From positions 1 through 64,000 of the forward strand of contig JAUCBJ010008860.1 of assembly GCA_032718475.1 (NCBI GenBank): a stretch of 64,000 nt of DNA. The letters run 5' to 3'. The position numbers and the translations under genes were made by a program. This document shows, in pieces, positions 1 to 10,398 of this stretch. The first letter of the stretch is position 1; each line of letters begins with the position of its first letter. The notes under the pieces were generated by a model that had not been told where the DNA came from, searched no databases, and was given only the letters and a program-made list of their open reading frames with translations. The stretch is from Nemertoderma westbladi (taxonomy: Eukaryota; Animalia; Xenacoelomorpha).

Positions 1-3000
1 GGTGTTGCGGTATTATTATTGGGTACCTAAAGTTCGTGTTAAAGTCAATGTTTTGAAGCCGAGATTTATGACAAAGTAAGCCATTATAAATTATCGGACT
101 CCAACTCAGTATCGGTGACGACTTGATTGGTAGGCCTTGATTTATGGATGTGAATTCGCGCGCGAAATATCGCAGTTGGTAATGGCGAATTAATTTAATC
201 TCACACCTGTCAATCTCAGCCAATGTAAGTCGACGTGTAAAGTCACGTTTGCCTTTAACGTATTGTACAAAACGTACAATCCACGCTAATTTTCGGCAAG
301 CGTTTGTCCAAGAATTTGTTAAGTTTACAATACGGTCGACGTAAGTATTTGTGACGTCATCAGGTAAGTCAATGGAGAACTTGGAAGGTTTTGAATTACT
401 AGAAGGGCCCACGGGTCCGCCGGTAAGTATTCCCTTGTTGACTGTTGATCCGTCCGGGTCTACAAGTAATTTGTCCCCCTTTGTCCTCTTACCTTGATTG
501 TCGGTACTTTGTAAGTCGATCGTTAATGGTGGTTTGAACTCTATGGGGTCAGCAGGTTTCGGTAAACTTATTTTCCTGCCGACATTAATCCCAGGTCTCA
601 ACGTAGGTTGCAGGTTCGGTATGTCTCTTGAGCGCAAAGTAACACCTGTATTTACATTAGCGTAGGTACTACCTACATCTGCAATACATGAGGTTTCACC
701 ATGCTTATGGTTGCCCAAGTGTGTCAAAATTGGTAGTTTGTCAATACAAGGCCGCTCCAATAGGGAAACTGCGGCTTTATTGTTAGTCAATACATTACTA
801 GTGTCTAGTCGACTGTCTAGTAGTGTGTCTGGCGATACGTCTGGTAACGTATCTAGTTGTTTGTCAATAGAAGGCCGCTCCAATAGGGAAACTGCGGCTT
901 TACTGTTTGTCAGTGCGTTACTAGCGTCTGGTAGAATGCCTGGTTGACTGTCTGGTAACGTGTCTGGTTGACTGTCTGGTAACGTGTCTGGTTGACCGTC
1001 TGGCGATATGTCTGGTGTAGAAAGGCTCGCAAGTCTTCCTCTCTTGACCTTTGAAGTTATATCTTTCCATTTCGCCTTCGGTTTTTTCTTGAGTTTCGCC
1101 GCCGTCGTCCTTTTCTTTGTATCGACGGGCATTGTTGATGTCGTTGGGGTAGGTAGACTCGCAAGCCTATCATCTGTCGTCGATGGAATCTCTAGCTGAC
1201 TCGTCTTCTCCCCAAGTTCTAAACTCAGCTGGTGGATTAGCTGCTCCTTGTGACTTATCATACTAGTTACACGTCTGTCATGTTTTGTATGTAAGGTAGT
1301 ATGGTCCACGTCGTGTGAAAAGGAATGAATTGAATTTATAGTTAATAAACTACATGTACTCTGTACATCGTCTTCCTCGTCACTTACGTCTAGTGTGCGC
1401 ACAGGCGCTCGAGTATACCACCCTATCGGCGTTCTGCAGGCGTATGCGTTTCCTGCTACAACTGCCGATGGTCTGGTTTCCCACACCTGATGTAGGTTGA
1501 ATTGGTCCGTCCCGATCAGCATTGCTACCGATCTATAATTGGCAGGACATTCGGGTACACCAAGGTGTCTGAAATACTTACGGTCCTCTAGAGATTGTGC
1601 CGGCACTGGACCTAGTAGGTTACTAAAGTCCTTCGTGGCCGCAAAGGTTAAATCTCTAAAGGGTAACAAAGACCTCTCCCTCTCGCTGTGTTGCGATTTT
1701 GGAAGAAGAGAGTCTAAGTCCAACTTAACTCGTGTCACTGGTATTGCACGCTGTCCGTGCATACTACTTACTGTATAACTGACGCGCTTACCTTGTCTAA
1801 GATCTGTTACGACGTCAGCTATCTTTTCATCTACGTAACTGTGAGATGAGGCTGAGTCTAGAATCGCGTAAATCCTCTTACTCCCTTTTGTGCCAGTAAC
1901 TTTAATCGGGATTACACTGAATCCCTTCAGTTGGTCAGTGGTCAGGAGCGCGATTGACGGTTGTTCGTCTCCATTTGAATATTCGTCGTCTTCTGATTCT
2001 TCGTCCGACGATCCGGATTGTTCTGAAAAGCAATCCTCTATATGGGTCACGAAAGTCGGAGTCGTTTTCGATTCCCGTTTTCGGTAAGCCGCATCACATC
2101 TCGCTGCTGCTTCCGGGTGTTCCCTGGCGAAGCGTTTCGTCGGCGTGTGGCTGTCTGTGTGGAGCAGACCGTCGTGGTTGCGTCCACAGGATGGACAAGT
2201 GTCGGTATTTGGGCAATCCTTACGGACGTGTCCGTGTCGCGTACACCGCCAACAAGAGTCCAGTGGCCGTATCTGCAGCCGTCGTTCTTCTGAGTTCAAC
2301 TCGCGAAATTGTCGACAACCTCGTAACTTGTGACCAATATACCGCTTACCCAAATGTTCGCAGTATTGGCATCCGTTGAAGTCGGCGCTGAGTTGCTGTC
2401 TCGTCTGTTTTGTTCCAATGGGCGCAGATACTCTATTACCGTCTGAGAATTGTCTTGATTCCGTCGGTGTGGCGTAAGTGGCCGTCTTTGTGGATGTTGT
2501 CTGGGGTTTTTGTCGGTTGGAGGATGGCAGTGTGATCCCTTCTGCCACGATGTGCTGGTCGGTATAGTTAGATCGAGTTTCTACTACCGCCTCCCTGGAT
2601 ATTAAAAGGTACACATCTTCTAATTTTAGGAATCCTCCTCGCTCCTCTCGCTGGTATTCGACTTTCCTCCACTCCCGACGAAGTCGATGGTGGAGTCGTC
2701 CTATTATCTTTAATAGGACTGTAGGCGTATTCCCGTAATCAAGTTGTCCAATTGATCTTAAGGTAGTGATAGCGTTCTTAATCTCGTCAGCCAGTTTTAG
2801 TAAGTCGACAGGTTTAGTGATAGCCCCTCCCTTACAGAGTTCTTCTATTACTGACCTGGCCATACTCACTGTACCTCCGTATATCGAAGTCAAACGATCG
2901 TACGCTAGTTCGAAAGCGTCTGGTACACCGACGAAAGTCTCCGCTAAACGTTTTGGTTCTCCTGACAACGTTTGGAGCAAGTAATTGAACTTCTCTCGTG

Positions 3001-5737
3001 ACGTAAAGGCGCACACGGCGATCTGGGATTCAATATAGTCTACGAAGGTATGCCAGTGTTTTGAGCTACCGGAGAACTTCGGTGGTTGTTGTACCGGCAA
3101 TCCCTGTCTGGCTGCGAATTTCGCTATCTCCTCGGCAACGTTCAGAGTTTCGCGTCCTTGGTTGGTAACCTGGTTGATGTTCTCCCTTCTGGGCGCTTTT
3201 CCCTGATACGATGTGGGGTTTAAAGGTACCGGTCTTTGTGGTCCCTTCGGGTGTCTATTGTGTTCGAATTCGGAATTTCTCGAACTGTCGGTTTGAACTT
3301 CCTCCAGACGCTCCTCGATCTGAGCCAACTTATTGACAACTGGTCGCAGAATGTCGGCGAACTGTTGTGTACTAATTGCGTCCGTTGGTTGTAACGCCTT
3401 CTGTGTTGGTGTATTCTGTGGAGGATTGTCTGCAAAGGAGTTGTCTGAACGCTCGCGTTTATATTCATCGGCCGCCCCTGTTCTAAATACCTCGCGTTTC
3501 GGGTAATCCGATTCGCTCGAAGTACTACTATCATCTGGATAGGGTGGTCGACGTGCTCGCGTCCGTTGCGTCGTTCGAATTCTAACGGCTCGTTTCGGAA
3601 CATCGTCCACTGATCTCCGTTGTTCGGTAGGCTCACAAGTCTTCCTCGAAGTCGTAGATTGCGATGTAAACTGAACCGGTCGCGTCTCCACTGTTCTCCG
3701 TTGTTCGGTAGGCTCACAAGTCTTCCTCGAAGTCGTAGATTGCGATGTAAACTGAACCGGTCGCGTCTCCACTGTTCTCCGTTGTTCGGTAGGCTCACAA
3801 GTCTTCCTCGAAGTCGTAGATTGCGATGTAAACTGAACCGGTCGCGTCTCCACTGTTCTCCGTTGTTCGGTAGGCTCACAAGTCTTCCTCGAAGTTGTAG
3901 ATTGCGATGTAAATTGGTTGAACGGTGGGCGAATGACAGCATTTGAATCCAAAGGCCTTGTAGGCCGAAATGTCATTGGGTAATCGTAGTGCGTAACGGG
4001 TTTAGGTGTCAAAGGTGGACTCACCTGTTTTGTCGTCAGTAGCGCAGGTCCGGTCAATAAACTACTACGATCTGTAATCGGTGGGTTACTTACCTTGACT
4101 CTCGGAATAGGCGACGACGTTGCTCTTGGCGGTGTAAACTCGTCCGGAATAACAAACCTGTGCTCCGTCGCACCATGGATAGGAGAAATGTTACTACTAC
4201 CCGCAATCGAAACAGGTTCCTTAGTCGTAACCGGTGCAAACATATGAGTTACCTGTGGGAATCGTTGACACACGTCTTTTACTAATTGTCGTTCCCGTCC
4301 GGGTGCCCCTACGCTTCCTTCCTTCTTTCGTTCCTGAATTTGGCGATGTCTTACCTCTAACTGGTCCAAATCATGTCCGTCACGAGATCTCATCGATCGA
4401 TCGCGGGCCCTTTGATCCAGATCTTCCTCAGCGTTCGCTAATTCTCTCGCCTTCTTCTCAAGTTCGAAATGAAGTTTAGCTGTCTTCTCTCGTTGTTCCG
4501 TTTGTCGTTGTTGCGCCTCAAATTCTGCTTGTCGTATGGCGGATTGAGCTTTTATTTGCCGTGTTTTCATTTCGGCCCGTGCTTCCGAAACTAACCTGTC
4601 TCGTTCTAATTCCGCCGCTGCCGCTGCCGCTTGTCGCTCTGACTCTGCCGCTGCCGCTGCCGCTTGTCGCTCTGACTCTGCCGCTGCCGCTGCCGCTTGT
4701 CGCTCTGACTCTGCCGCTGCCGCTGCCGCTTGTCGGGCAATGTCTACCTCTAACCTTTCTACTTCAGCTGCTTCTAATTCAGCTTGTTCCTGTAGATGAG
4801 AGATTCTCGCTATATTCGCAACGCGTAGCTTCTCTTCCTCTACTGCTGCCTGCATCACTAGAAGTTGAGCTTGTTCCTCCATTTCTCGTCGTTGTCGGCA
4901 GAATTCTTGCTGTTGTCGAGCAACTTCTGACGTGACTATACTTCCCTCGCAGATTTCGCTACGAATACTCACCAGCGATTGATTTAGTATTCCCGGTGCC
5001 GATTCGATTTGTGCGAGTGAAGTTTCCCTCGTAGCCTCCGGCACGGTTTCCCAATCCCCGACGTCTTCGCCGCACATGCGCAAGTGATCCGTCAGGTGTT
5101 TCAATTGTCCATCCAGTCGGTACAGTTCCTGTTCTTCCTCGGGTTGTAATAATTCGTCCGAAACTGACTCACCTAACAACTGGTCCGCTTGTTCCTGTTG
5201 TATCTGTCTAATCGTCGACTTAAACTGAATCAGTTTCTCTCTAGTGATCATTAGTTTCTCTAGGATTCTAAGTTGAGTATCCATGTCCTGTCTCTGTCTA
5301 GCTAGATCTTGTAAGCCAACTAAATTATCTACGGACTTATATACTTTACTCTGTACTCTAACCTGGAGGGTGTAGAACTCGAATCGAGACATCGGAGCGG
5401 TCAACCCGTCTAATATGCGTTGGCCTTCTCCAATACTCCTGGTTATATGCGCCATGTAACCTCCGACGCTTCTAACCACACTTTCTGTGCTTCCTGCTGA
5501 ACTTACCAATTCCGTTTCCCTATATCTAGGTTGCGGAACAGTTAGAAAGTCCTCGGTCCTGCCGTCGCCTCGTACTACGGCATCCGGTACTCCCGTTGGA
5601 TGTACTGGTGACGCACACGGTGTAGGTTCGGTAGGCTCGCGAGTCTTCCCCTGTTGTTCTTCCGCTGCTGACTTATCCGCGTCACATGAGTCATAGTCGG
5701 TTTGTGTATTCTTCGTATAGTCTTGTTTGTCACTCAT
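1..5737 (-). CDS. BEL/Pao LTR retrotransposon (element 1) Gag-protease polyprotein, RT/RNase H absent, running off the window edge in the pre-integrase region
   Basis: ATG at 5737 (MSDKQDYTKNTQTDYDSC...) with an in-frame TGA just upstream. Segments translated by hand in this one frame give Gag core PPKFSGSSKHWHTF...EKFNYLLQTLSGEP (~3090-2940), three Cys/His motifs CQYC..H....C / CWRCTRHGHVRKDC / CPSCGRNHDGLLH (~2371-2158), protease IYAILDSASSHSYV (~1873-1832), YACRTPIGWY (~1444-1415), then NSWTNACRKLAWIVRF, LAEIDRCEIKLIRHYQ and RLQN...RYPIIIPQH (~313-2). The ORF track lists nothing in this frame, which is what a stop-free frame leaving the window would produce. Confidence 0.9.
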   Translation of the reverse strand, partial: MSDKQDYTKNTQTDYDSCDADKSAAEEQQGKTREPTEPTPCASPVHPTGVPDAVVRGDGRTEDFLTVPQPRYRETELVSSAGSTESVVRSVGGYMAHITRSIGEGQRILDGLTAPMSRFEFYTLQVRVQSKVYKSVDNLVGLQDLARQRQDMDTQLRILEKLMITREKLIQFKSTIRQIQQEQADQLLGESVSDELLQPEEEQELYRLDGQLKHLTDHLRMCGEDVGDWETVPEATRETSLAQIESAPGILNQSLVSIRSEICEGSIVTSEVARQQQEFCRQRREMEEQAQLLVMQAAVEEEKLRVANIARISHLQEQAELEAAEVERLEVDIARQAAAAAAESERQAAAAAAESERQAAAAAAESERQAAAAAAELERDRLVSEARAEMKTRQIKAQSAIRQAEFEAQQRQTEQREKTAKLHFELEKKARELANAEEDLDQRARDRSMRSRDGHDLDQLEVRHRQIQERKKEGSVGAPGRERQLVKDVCQRFPQVTHMFAPVTTKEPVSIAGSSNISPIHGATEHRFVIPDEFTPPRATSSPIPRVKVSNPPITDRSSLLTGPALLTTKQVSPPLTPKPVTHYDYPMTFRPTRPLDSNAVIRPPFNQFTSQSTTSRKTCEPTEQRRTVETRPVQFTSQSTTSRKTCEPTEQRRTVETRPVQFTSQSTTSRKTCEPTEQRRTVETRPVQFTSQSTTSRKTCEPTEQRRSVDDVPKRAVRIRTTQRTRARRPPYPDDSSTSSESDYPKREVFRTGAADEYKRERSDNSFADNPPQNTPTQKALQPTDAISTQQFADILRPVVNKLAQIEERLEEVQTDSSRNSEFEHNRHPKGPQRPVPLNPTSYQGKAPRRENINQVTNQGRETLNVAEEIAKFAARQGLPVQQPPKFSGSSKHWHTFVDYIESQIAVCAFTSREKFNYLLQTLSGEPKRLAETFVGVPDAFELAYDRLTSIYGGTVSMARSVIEELCKGGAITKPVDLLKLADEIKNAITTLRSIGQLDYGNTPTVLLKIIGRLHHRLRREWRKVEYQREERGGFLKLEDVYLLISREAVVETRSNYTDQHIVAEGITLPSSNRQKPQTTSTKTATYATPTESRQFSDGNRVSAPIGTKQTRQQLSADFNGCQYCEHLGKRYIGHKLRGCRQFRELNSEERRLQIRPLDSCWRCTRHGHVRKDCPNTDTCPSCGRNHDGLLHTDSHTPTKRFAREHPEAAARCDAAYRKRESKTTPTFVTHIEDCFSEQSGSSDEESEDDEYSNGDEQPSIALLTTDQLKGFSVIPIKVTGTKGSKRIYAILDSASSHSYVDEKIADVVTDLRQGKRVSYTVSSMHGQRAIPVTRVKLDLDSLLPKSQHSERERSLLPFRDLTFAATKDFSNLLGPVPAQSLEDRKYFRHLGVPECPANYRSVAMLIGTDQFNLHQVWETRPSAVVAGNAYACRTPIGWYTRAPVRTLDVSDEEDDVQSTCSLLTINSIHSFSHDVDHTTLHTKHDRRVTSMISHKEQLIHQLSLELGEKTSQLEIPSTTDDRLASLPTPTTSTMPVDTKKRTTAAKLKKKPKAKWKDITSKVKRGRLASLSTPDISPDGQPDTLPDSQPDTLPDSQPGILPDASNALTNSKAAVSLLERPSIDKQLDTLPDVSPDTLLDSRLDTSNVLTNNKAAVSLLERPCIDKLPILTHLGNHKHGETSCIADVGSTYANVNTGVTLRSRDIPNLQPTLRPGINVGRKISLPKPADPIEFKPPLTIDLQSTDNQGKRTKGDKLLVDPDGSTVNKGILTGGPVGPSSNSKPSKFSIDLPDDVTNTYVDRIVNLTNSWTNACRKLAWIVRFVQYVKGKRDFTRRLTLAEIDRCEIKLIRHYQLRYFAREFTSINQGLPIKSSPILSWSPIIYNGLLCHKSRLQNIDFNTNFRYPIIIPQH
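3606..3912 (-). repeat. 81-bp coding tandem repeat (~3.8 copies) inside element 1 Gag
   Basis: Units start at 3606, 3687, 3768 and 3849; they encode PVQFTSQSTTSRKTCEPTEQRRTVETR in the polyprotein frame. Confidence 0.95.
4613..4735 (-). repeat. 33-bp coding tandem repeat (AESERQAAAAA) in element 1 Gag coiled-coil region
   Basis: Repeated ccgctgccgctgccgcttgtcgctctgactctg; element 2 has a comparable Ala/Glu-rich tract at 56870-57025. Confidence 0.9.
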
Positions 5738-8249
5738 TTCGGTAGTTGTAAGTCAAGTGAAGTGAGTGTCAAAGTATCGAGTTTACCGTATTTGTATAAA
5801 ACGGTACTAATTACAGTCTTATAAAATTAGCCTACCGGCCGATTTTATAGCAGATGGATAAAATTAGCCTAAACGGCCAATTTTACAGCAAATTAATGTC
5901 ACGGAATAAGTATATAATAAAATTAGCCTAACGGCCAATTTTATAACAAATAAATCGGATAACGATATGCGTTATCAAAAGGTAAATTTAATACAATAAT
6001 ACGGACTAATTCAGCAATGAACAAAGAAATCATACGGAATGCATAAATACTTGAGACAGTGGAACCCACAATAATTTTAGCTAATACGGTAATGTCTAAC
6101 TTATTTATGCAACTTTTCGAACTCACCCACTCCAATAATTCTCCAGAAAAACAGATTCCCAGATACAAACCGGACGTGAACCTTTCCGTTTTTAACGTTG
6201 CGGACGAAACGCGATTTTCCCAACCAAAGTTGTTGAGTTATCTATCTCCCAAACTTGCTAAACACGGTCTTGCTCCCGTTACAGTCTAGAAAATGAGTTC
6301 TGAATCCTGAAAAACAAAAGAGTTAGGTTTTACTTTACGAAAATTTTGTACCGGTACAATATGGTATTTAAACCCTTTTTAAACACCGGTATTCAATTCC
6401 AAAATATTTTACACGCGGTTCAAATCAAATTTTATTTCAAAAAATTAGCACTTAGCTAATCAAATACAAATTTTTACCTCAAAATACAAAATTTTCAAAT
6501 AACTTTAGTCCTACCGAACCGTAGTTCAGTAAAACATATTCCTACTAAATTGGAGAGATACGCCTATTCCTACTATCGGAAGAGACGGTAACAATACCTG
6601 CAATATCCTACTGTAAAGTTTGTAAATCAAATCATAAATCCGACCTTCTCACCAAAACAGTAAACCCCAAGTAGCGAATATATTGCAGTATCGATCTCTT
6701 TTAACCGGTGAGGCAGAAAACAGTCTACGAGCAGACAAACTTCGATAAAACAAAATCCCGCGCAGCGAATCCTAAAATCAGGCTGACTCACTGACGGACT
6801 AAGAGGCTCGTATACTTTGCCGCGGTGTGATTTATATGGTTGGGCAAAGGGACGCTAGCTAGGTATAGAGCAGATGTTTGGAGATGTCTAACTAGCGAGC
6901 AAAGTGCAGTAAGGACGAAAGTTAATTTTATATATTTCGAGGTGTAAATAATTTCTAACGCGCGCGTGTTAATTCTGAACGGTCAAAACAGTTTTGCTCC
7001 TTCACATATATACTTACTGGGTACGGTGTGCATTTTACGAATATTCTAATTTTATAACTTGTAGGTCCAATACTCACGAATGATAAGGTTCCTTCCCCTC
7101 TTGCGTATTTCCAGGACTCAAATTCAGGCATAAGGTTAATACTACGCCCAGAATTCGGCAATTTTAGGTACCAGGTCCCTGATACTAAGAAGAGATGTGT
7201 TAGTTTACTACTGTAGGCGTACGGGTACTAATAGCTATCCTGGCTCCTATCTAGAATTTTAGTCACCCAGGCAGTCCGGGTAACTTCCTATTAGGGCGTT
7301 GGCGGGGACACGGTAGATGTTATTATATCCCTGATAGCCTCAATTTATTTGCGCCTAGCGTAAACTGCCCTACCGCCTGAACGGTACAATCCCAATTCAG
7401 GTGAAAACACAGCAACCCCCTAGCCTACAAGTTCTGATGTAACAAGCTGGCAAGCCTGGAGGGTTCACGGTCCTCCTACTTAATCAGTACAATAATAATA
7501 ACCGATACATCATTGTCGAAACGTACCCAGTATTCGGGTACCGGCTGGCGGCTGACCGGTACGTTTTCGTTCGGGTAGGCCTATGTTTCCTTTTCACTTG
7601 TTCCCATCGTAGGCGACCTCATGCTCATCCCACCACGACCACGACCACCAGTTACGAGTTGGGTAGGCGTCTACCGGCAACCGGTAAGTAATTACGCGCC
7701 ACACGACGTCATCCCGCCATCCGCCAACATTTATACCGGTACGGTAAGCCTACCACCTACCGGTTGGCTACCATCGCACCGTAGGTCTACCGCCTACGGT
7801 AGGGTACGTACCGTACAGCGGTACTCAAAGTCGTACCGGTATTGTCGTAATTGACAAATGCAGGATTAAACTGTAACCCGTTCCGGTACCGGTACCATAT
7901 GCATCTGAACGACTGGACGGTTAATCTCATAGCATAGCTGCATAGGCCTACCTGTAGTTAGTGCAAAGTCGCCTGCGAACATGGCGAAATATTATATATA
8001 AGCCAGGCATAGCCTACCCTGCTACCTGATGGATAATAATAAACTGAAATGCTATGCCAGTCTGCCAGTCCAATGCAGTCAGAAGTACCAGTACTTGGTA
8101 CTGCCAGTTTGCTGCTATGCCAGTATGCTAGCAGGTAGTGCATAGTGCTAAGATTGTCTACCGGTACAGATGAACTACAGGCAGACAATCAGACAATACT
8201 AGCAGTCTAGGGCCTACAGGACTGCAGTACCGGTACTGCAGTATTGGTA

Positions 8250-8651
8250 ATTGCTAATGCTAATTAATTACCTTAATTAAATCTTCAATTAGGTCATAAT
8301 GTAGGTCCAAATTTAAAAATCGGCCTCCGTTAATCGATTTAGAAATAATTCAGGTACCTCCATGCCAAATATCAGAATCATTCATTGCATTCCCTATGAC
8401 AAGATAGCTTTTTCCTAAACCATGCGAAAACACGCAAATATAGCGCTCACATCGCACAAATACCATCTCGACACCCAATTTTTTGTATGAGCCTTCGCCA
8501 TCCCTATATCTAACTTTTGTCCAAATTTTATTTCGATTGATTAATAAATAACTGAGATATCGCTCTGGACACACACACACACACACTAACACACACACAC
8601 ACACACATTACGGTAATAATGGTCACTTATGTCAAAGACCGTGAACCAATA
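8250..8651. mobile_element. Short non-autonomous element with (CA)n microsatellite and terminal hairpin (Helentron/HINE- or DINE-like)
   Basis: Core ending gagatatcgctctgg, then (CA)n at 8568-8607, then imperfect stem ggtcac...gtgaacc at 8621-8647. The architecture resembles HINE/DINE-1 elements; boundaries are approximate. Confidence 0.4.
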
Positions 8652-9093
8652 GACACGGTCGTACTGCAAATAGTCGCACACACACCTGTACTTAGCAAGA
8701 GTTAAGCGTACAGTTTGCTGCACCCTAACCAATGTGTATGCCTTGTACCGGTGTGCCTACGTCCTATCTGCGTACTAGTATCTGCTCTCTCTCCCTCTCC
8801 CCCCGTAGGAATATGAAGGTCTACTGCGGTTTTTCCTGAATCAAGACAGTACAGTCCCTATGATGTAATTTTAGGCTTGCAGCGTGTCACTACGTCTACC
8901 TGTTGATCTTTTGGTCTTACACTTAGGTAGCAAGGATCGAACGCTGTCTAACCTTTCAGGCGATGGGCGAATAACACTAGATGGTATTGCGGGTTGTCTC
9001 TCGTCTACATTCCCGTGATGTTCCCGTTCATTGCTGCGGCCCGATCTCTAGCTGGCCATCCTGTCCCTGAGTTTGTTCACCGTAGTGAAACCA

Positions 9094-9804
9094 TATTAAA
9101 ACAGATAGAAAGGCTGAGAGATGTGACTAGTATTTCTGACTTTATTACAAACATATAATAACTATTATACAATAAACAATGTAATCTGAAATAAGACAGA
9201 AAGTGAATGATGGATTGAGAATTGATAAAGGTATACTAATGAACGAAATCGCACCTTTATATACTAAATTTGTGCCGCAATCAATCGAGAAAATTCTCGA
9301 TTGTTCTATAGGTTCTAACAAGGTTTTAAAGATAGCTTATTGGTCCAGCTAATATATAACTTGCACGACATTGGTTACAATCAAATAACTACAGCCTTAT
9401 TGGTACAGACAAATGCAATTAATTTGTAGCGGTTAATTTAAATGAGTTGAAATTCTGCACAAAAAATAATTCGCACTTACTAGGATTCGAACTCGATACC
9501 TACTACACATATAATTTCCAACGCTCTACCAACTGATAAACTGATAAACTGAACTTGATAAAATATTTGGGTACACACACCCCCTTCAATGTAATTACCA
9601 TACATTACTGTGCTTTTTGGGTACACACACCCCCTTCAATGTAATTACCATACATTACTGTGCTTTTTGGGTACACACACCCCCTTCAATGTAATTACCA
9701 TACATTACTGTGCGTTTTGGGTACACACACCCCCTTCAATGTAATTACCATACATTACTGTGCTTTTTGGGTACACACACCCCCTTCAATGTAATTACCA
9801 TACA
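9094..9804 (-). promoter_or_regulatory. Candidate 5' LTR of element 1
   Basis: On the minus strand: TGT start at 9804, CCAAT motifs, TATATAAAGG (~9263-9254), AATAAA (9146-9141), followed at 9093 by TGGTTTCACTACGG (PBS-like TGG). The terminus is not a canonical CA and no partner LTR is visible. Confidence 0.4.
9472..9538 (-). other. Degenerate tRNA-like segment (Pol III A/B boxes); pseudo-tRNA or SINE head
   Basis: Minus strand reads TCAGTTGGTAGAGCG (A-box/D-arm like) ... GAGTTCGAATCC (B-box/T-arm like) at tRNA spacing; acceptor and anticodon stems do not pair well. Confidence 0.6.
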
Positions 9805-9807
9805 TTA
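9566..9807. repeat. 50-bp tandem repeat, ~4.8 copies
   Basis: Unit tttgggtacacacacccccttcaatgtaattaccatacattactgtgctt recurs at an exact 50-nt period. Confidence 0.95.
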
Positions 9808-10398
9808 TGATATGGGGTTTTTCTAGTCAGTGGTTTCATTTTTAATTTAAATTTTAATGATTGACAGAATCTAGACTGTCTGTATGTCTTTCTGTCCGTC
9901 ATAATATAACGGCGCACACTACAAACAGACAGACATACTAGATTCCGTCATGACACCAGAATTGAAATCAGCGACCGGGAAAACCCCCATAGCGATAAAT
10001 TTAGTTAGGTAATGTGTTTCCTTATATATTTTGGCAGACAGATCGACATACAGAAAAACTTGGTCTGACTGAATCTTAAAAAATAGTCCTTTTTTAAAAA
10101 ATACCGTGCCATGAAAAAATACATACACGAAAACAAACAAATATTGGAAACCGAATTTTTCGAATTTTCTTCCCGTAAACTAAATCCACCATTAAACCAC
10201 CACCAATTCCACCATTAAAAAAATCAATTTTTGAACGCCAAAAGGTATTTATTCTGTCCTTAACCGTTATAGATTATGTAAAAAATAGAACGTGTAAAAG
10301 TTTAATTGGTTAGAAATCTAATATTCGAATATTATTAAATAATATGAAAATATCAATATTACAAATAATGCAAATAGGTCTCATTGAGTTGATAAAAG

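Larger units (their letters stand above)
1..9804 (-). mobile_element. BEL/Pao-like LTR element 1 (5' part); upper boundary tentative
   Basis: The polyprotein above, a ~3.3 kb non-coding leader like that of element 2, and an LTR-like block at ~9094-9804. The 3' end is outside the window, so the LTR cannot be confirmed against a second copy. Confidence 0.6.

Noticed and set aside
711-5696. Short plus-strand ORFs and the minus-strand 3220-3942 ORF
   Set aside because: Antisense or alternative-frame shadows of the long element 1 polyprotein.
9472-9538. Functional tRNA gene
   Set aside because: A/B boxes are present, but the acceptor and anticodon stems do not form a credible cloverleaf.
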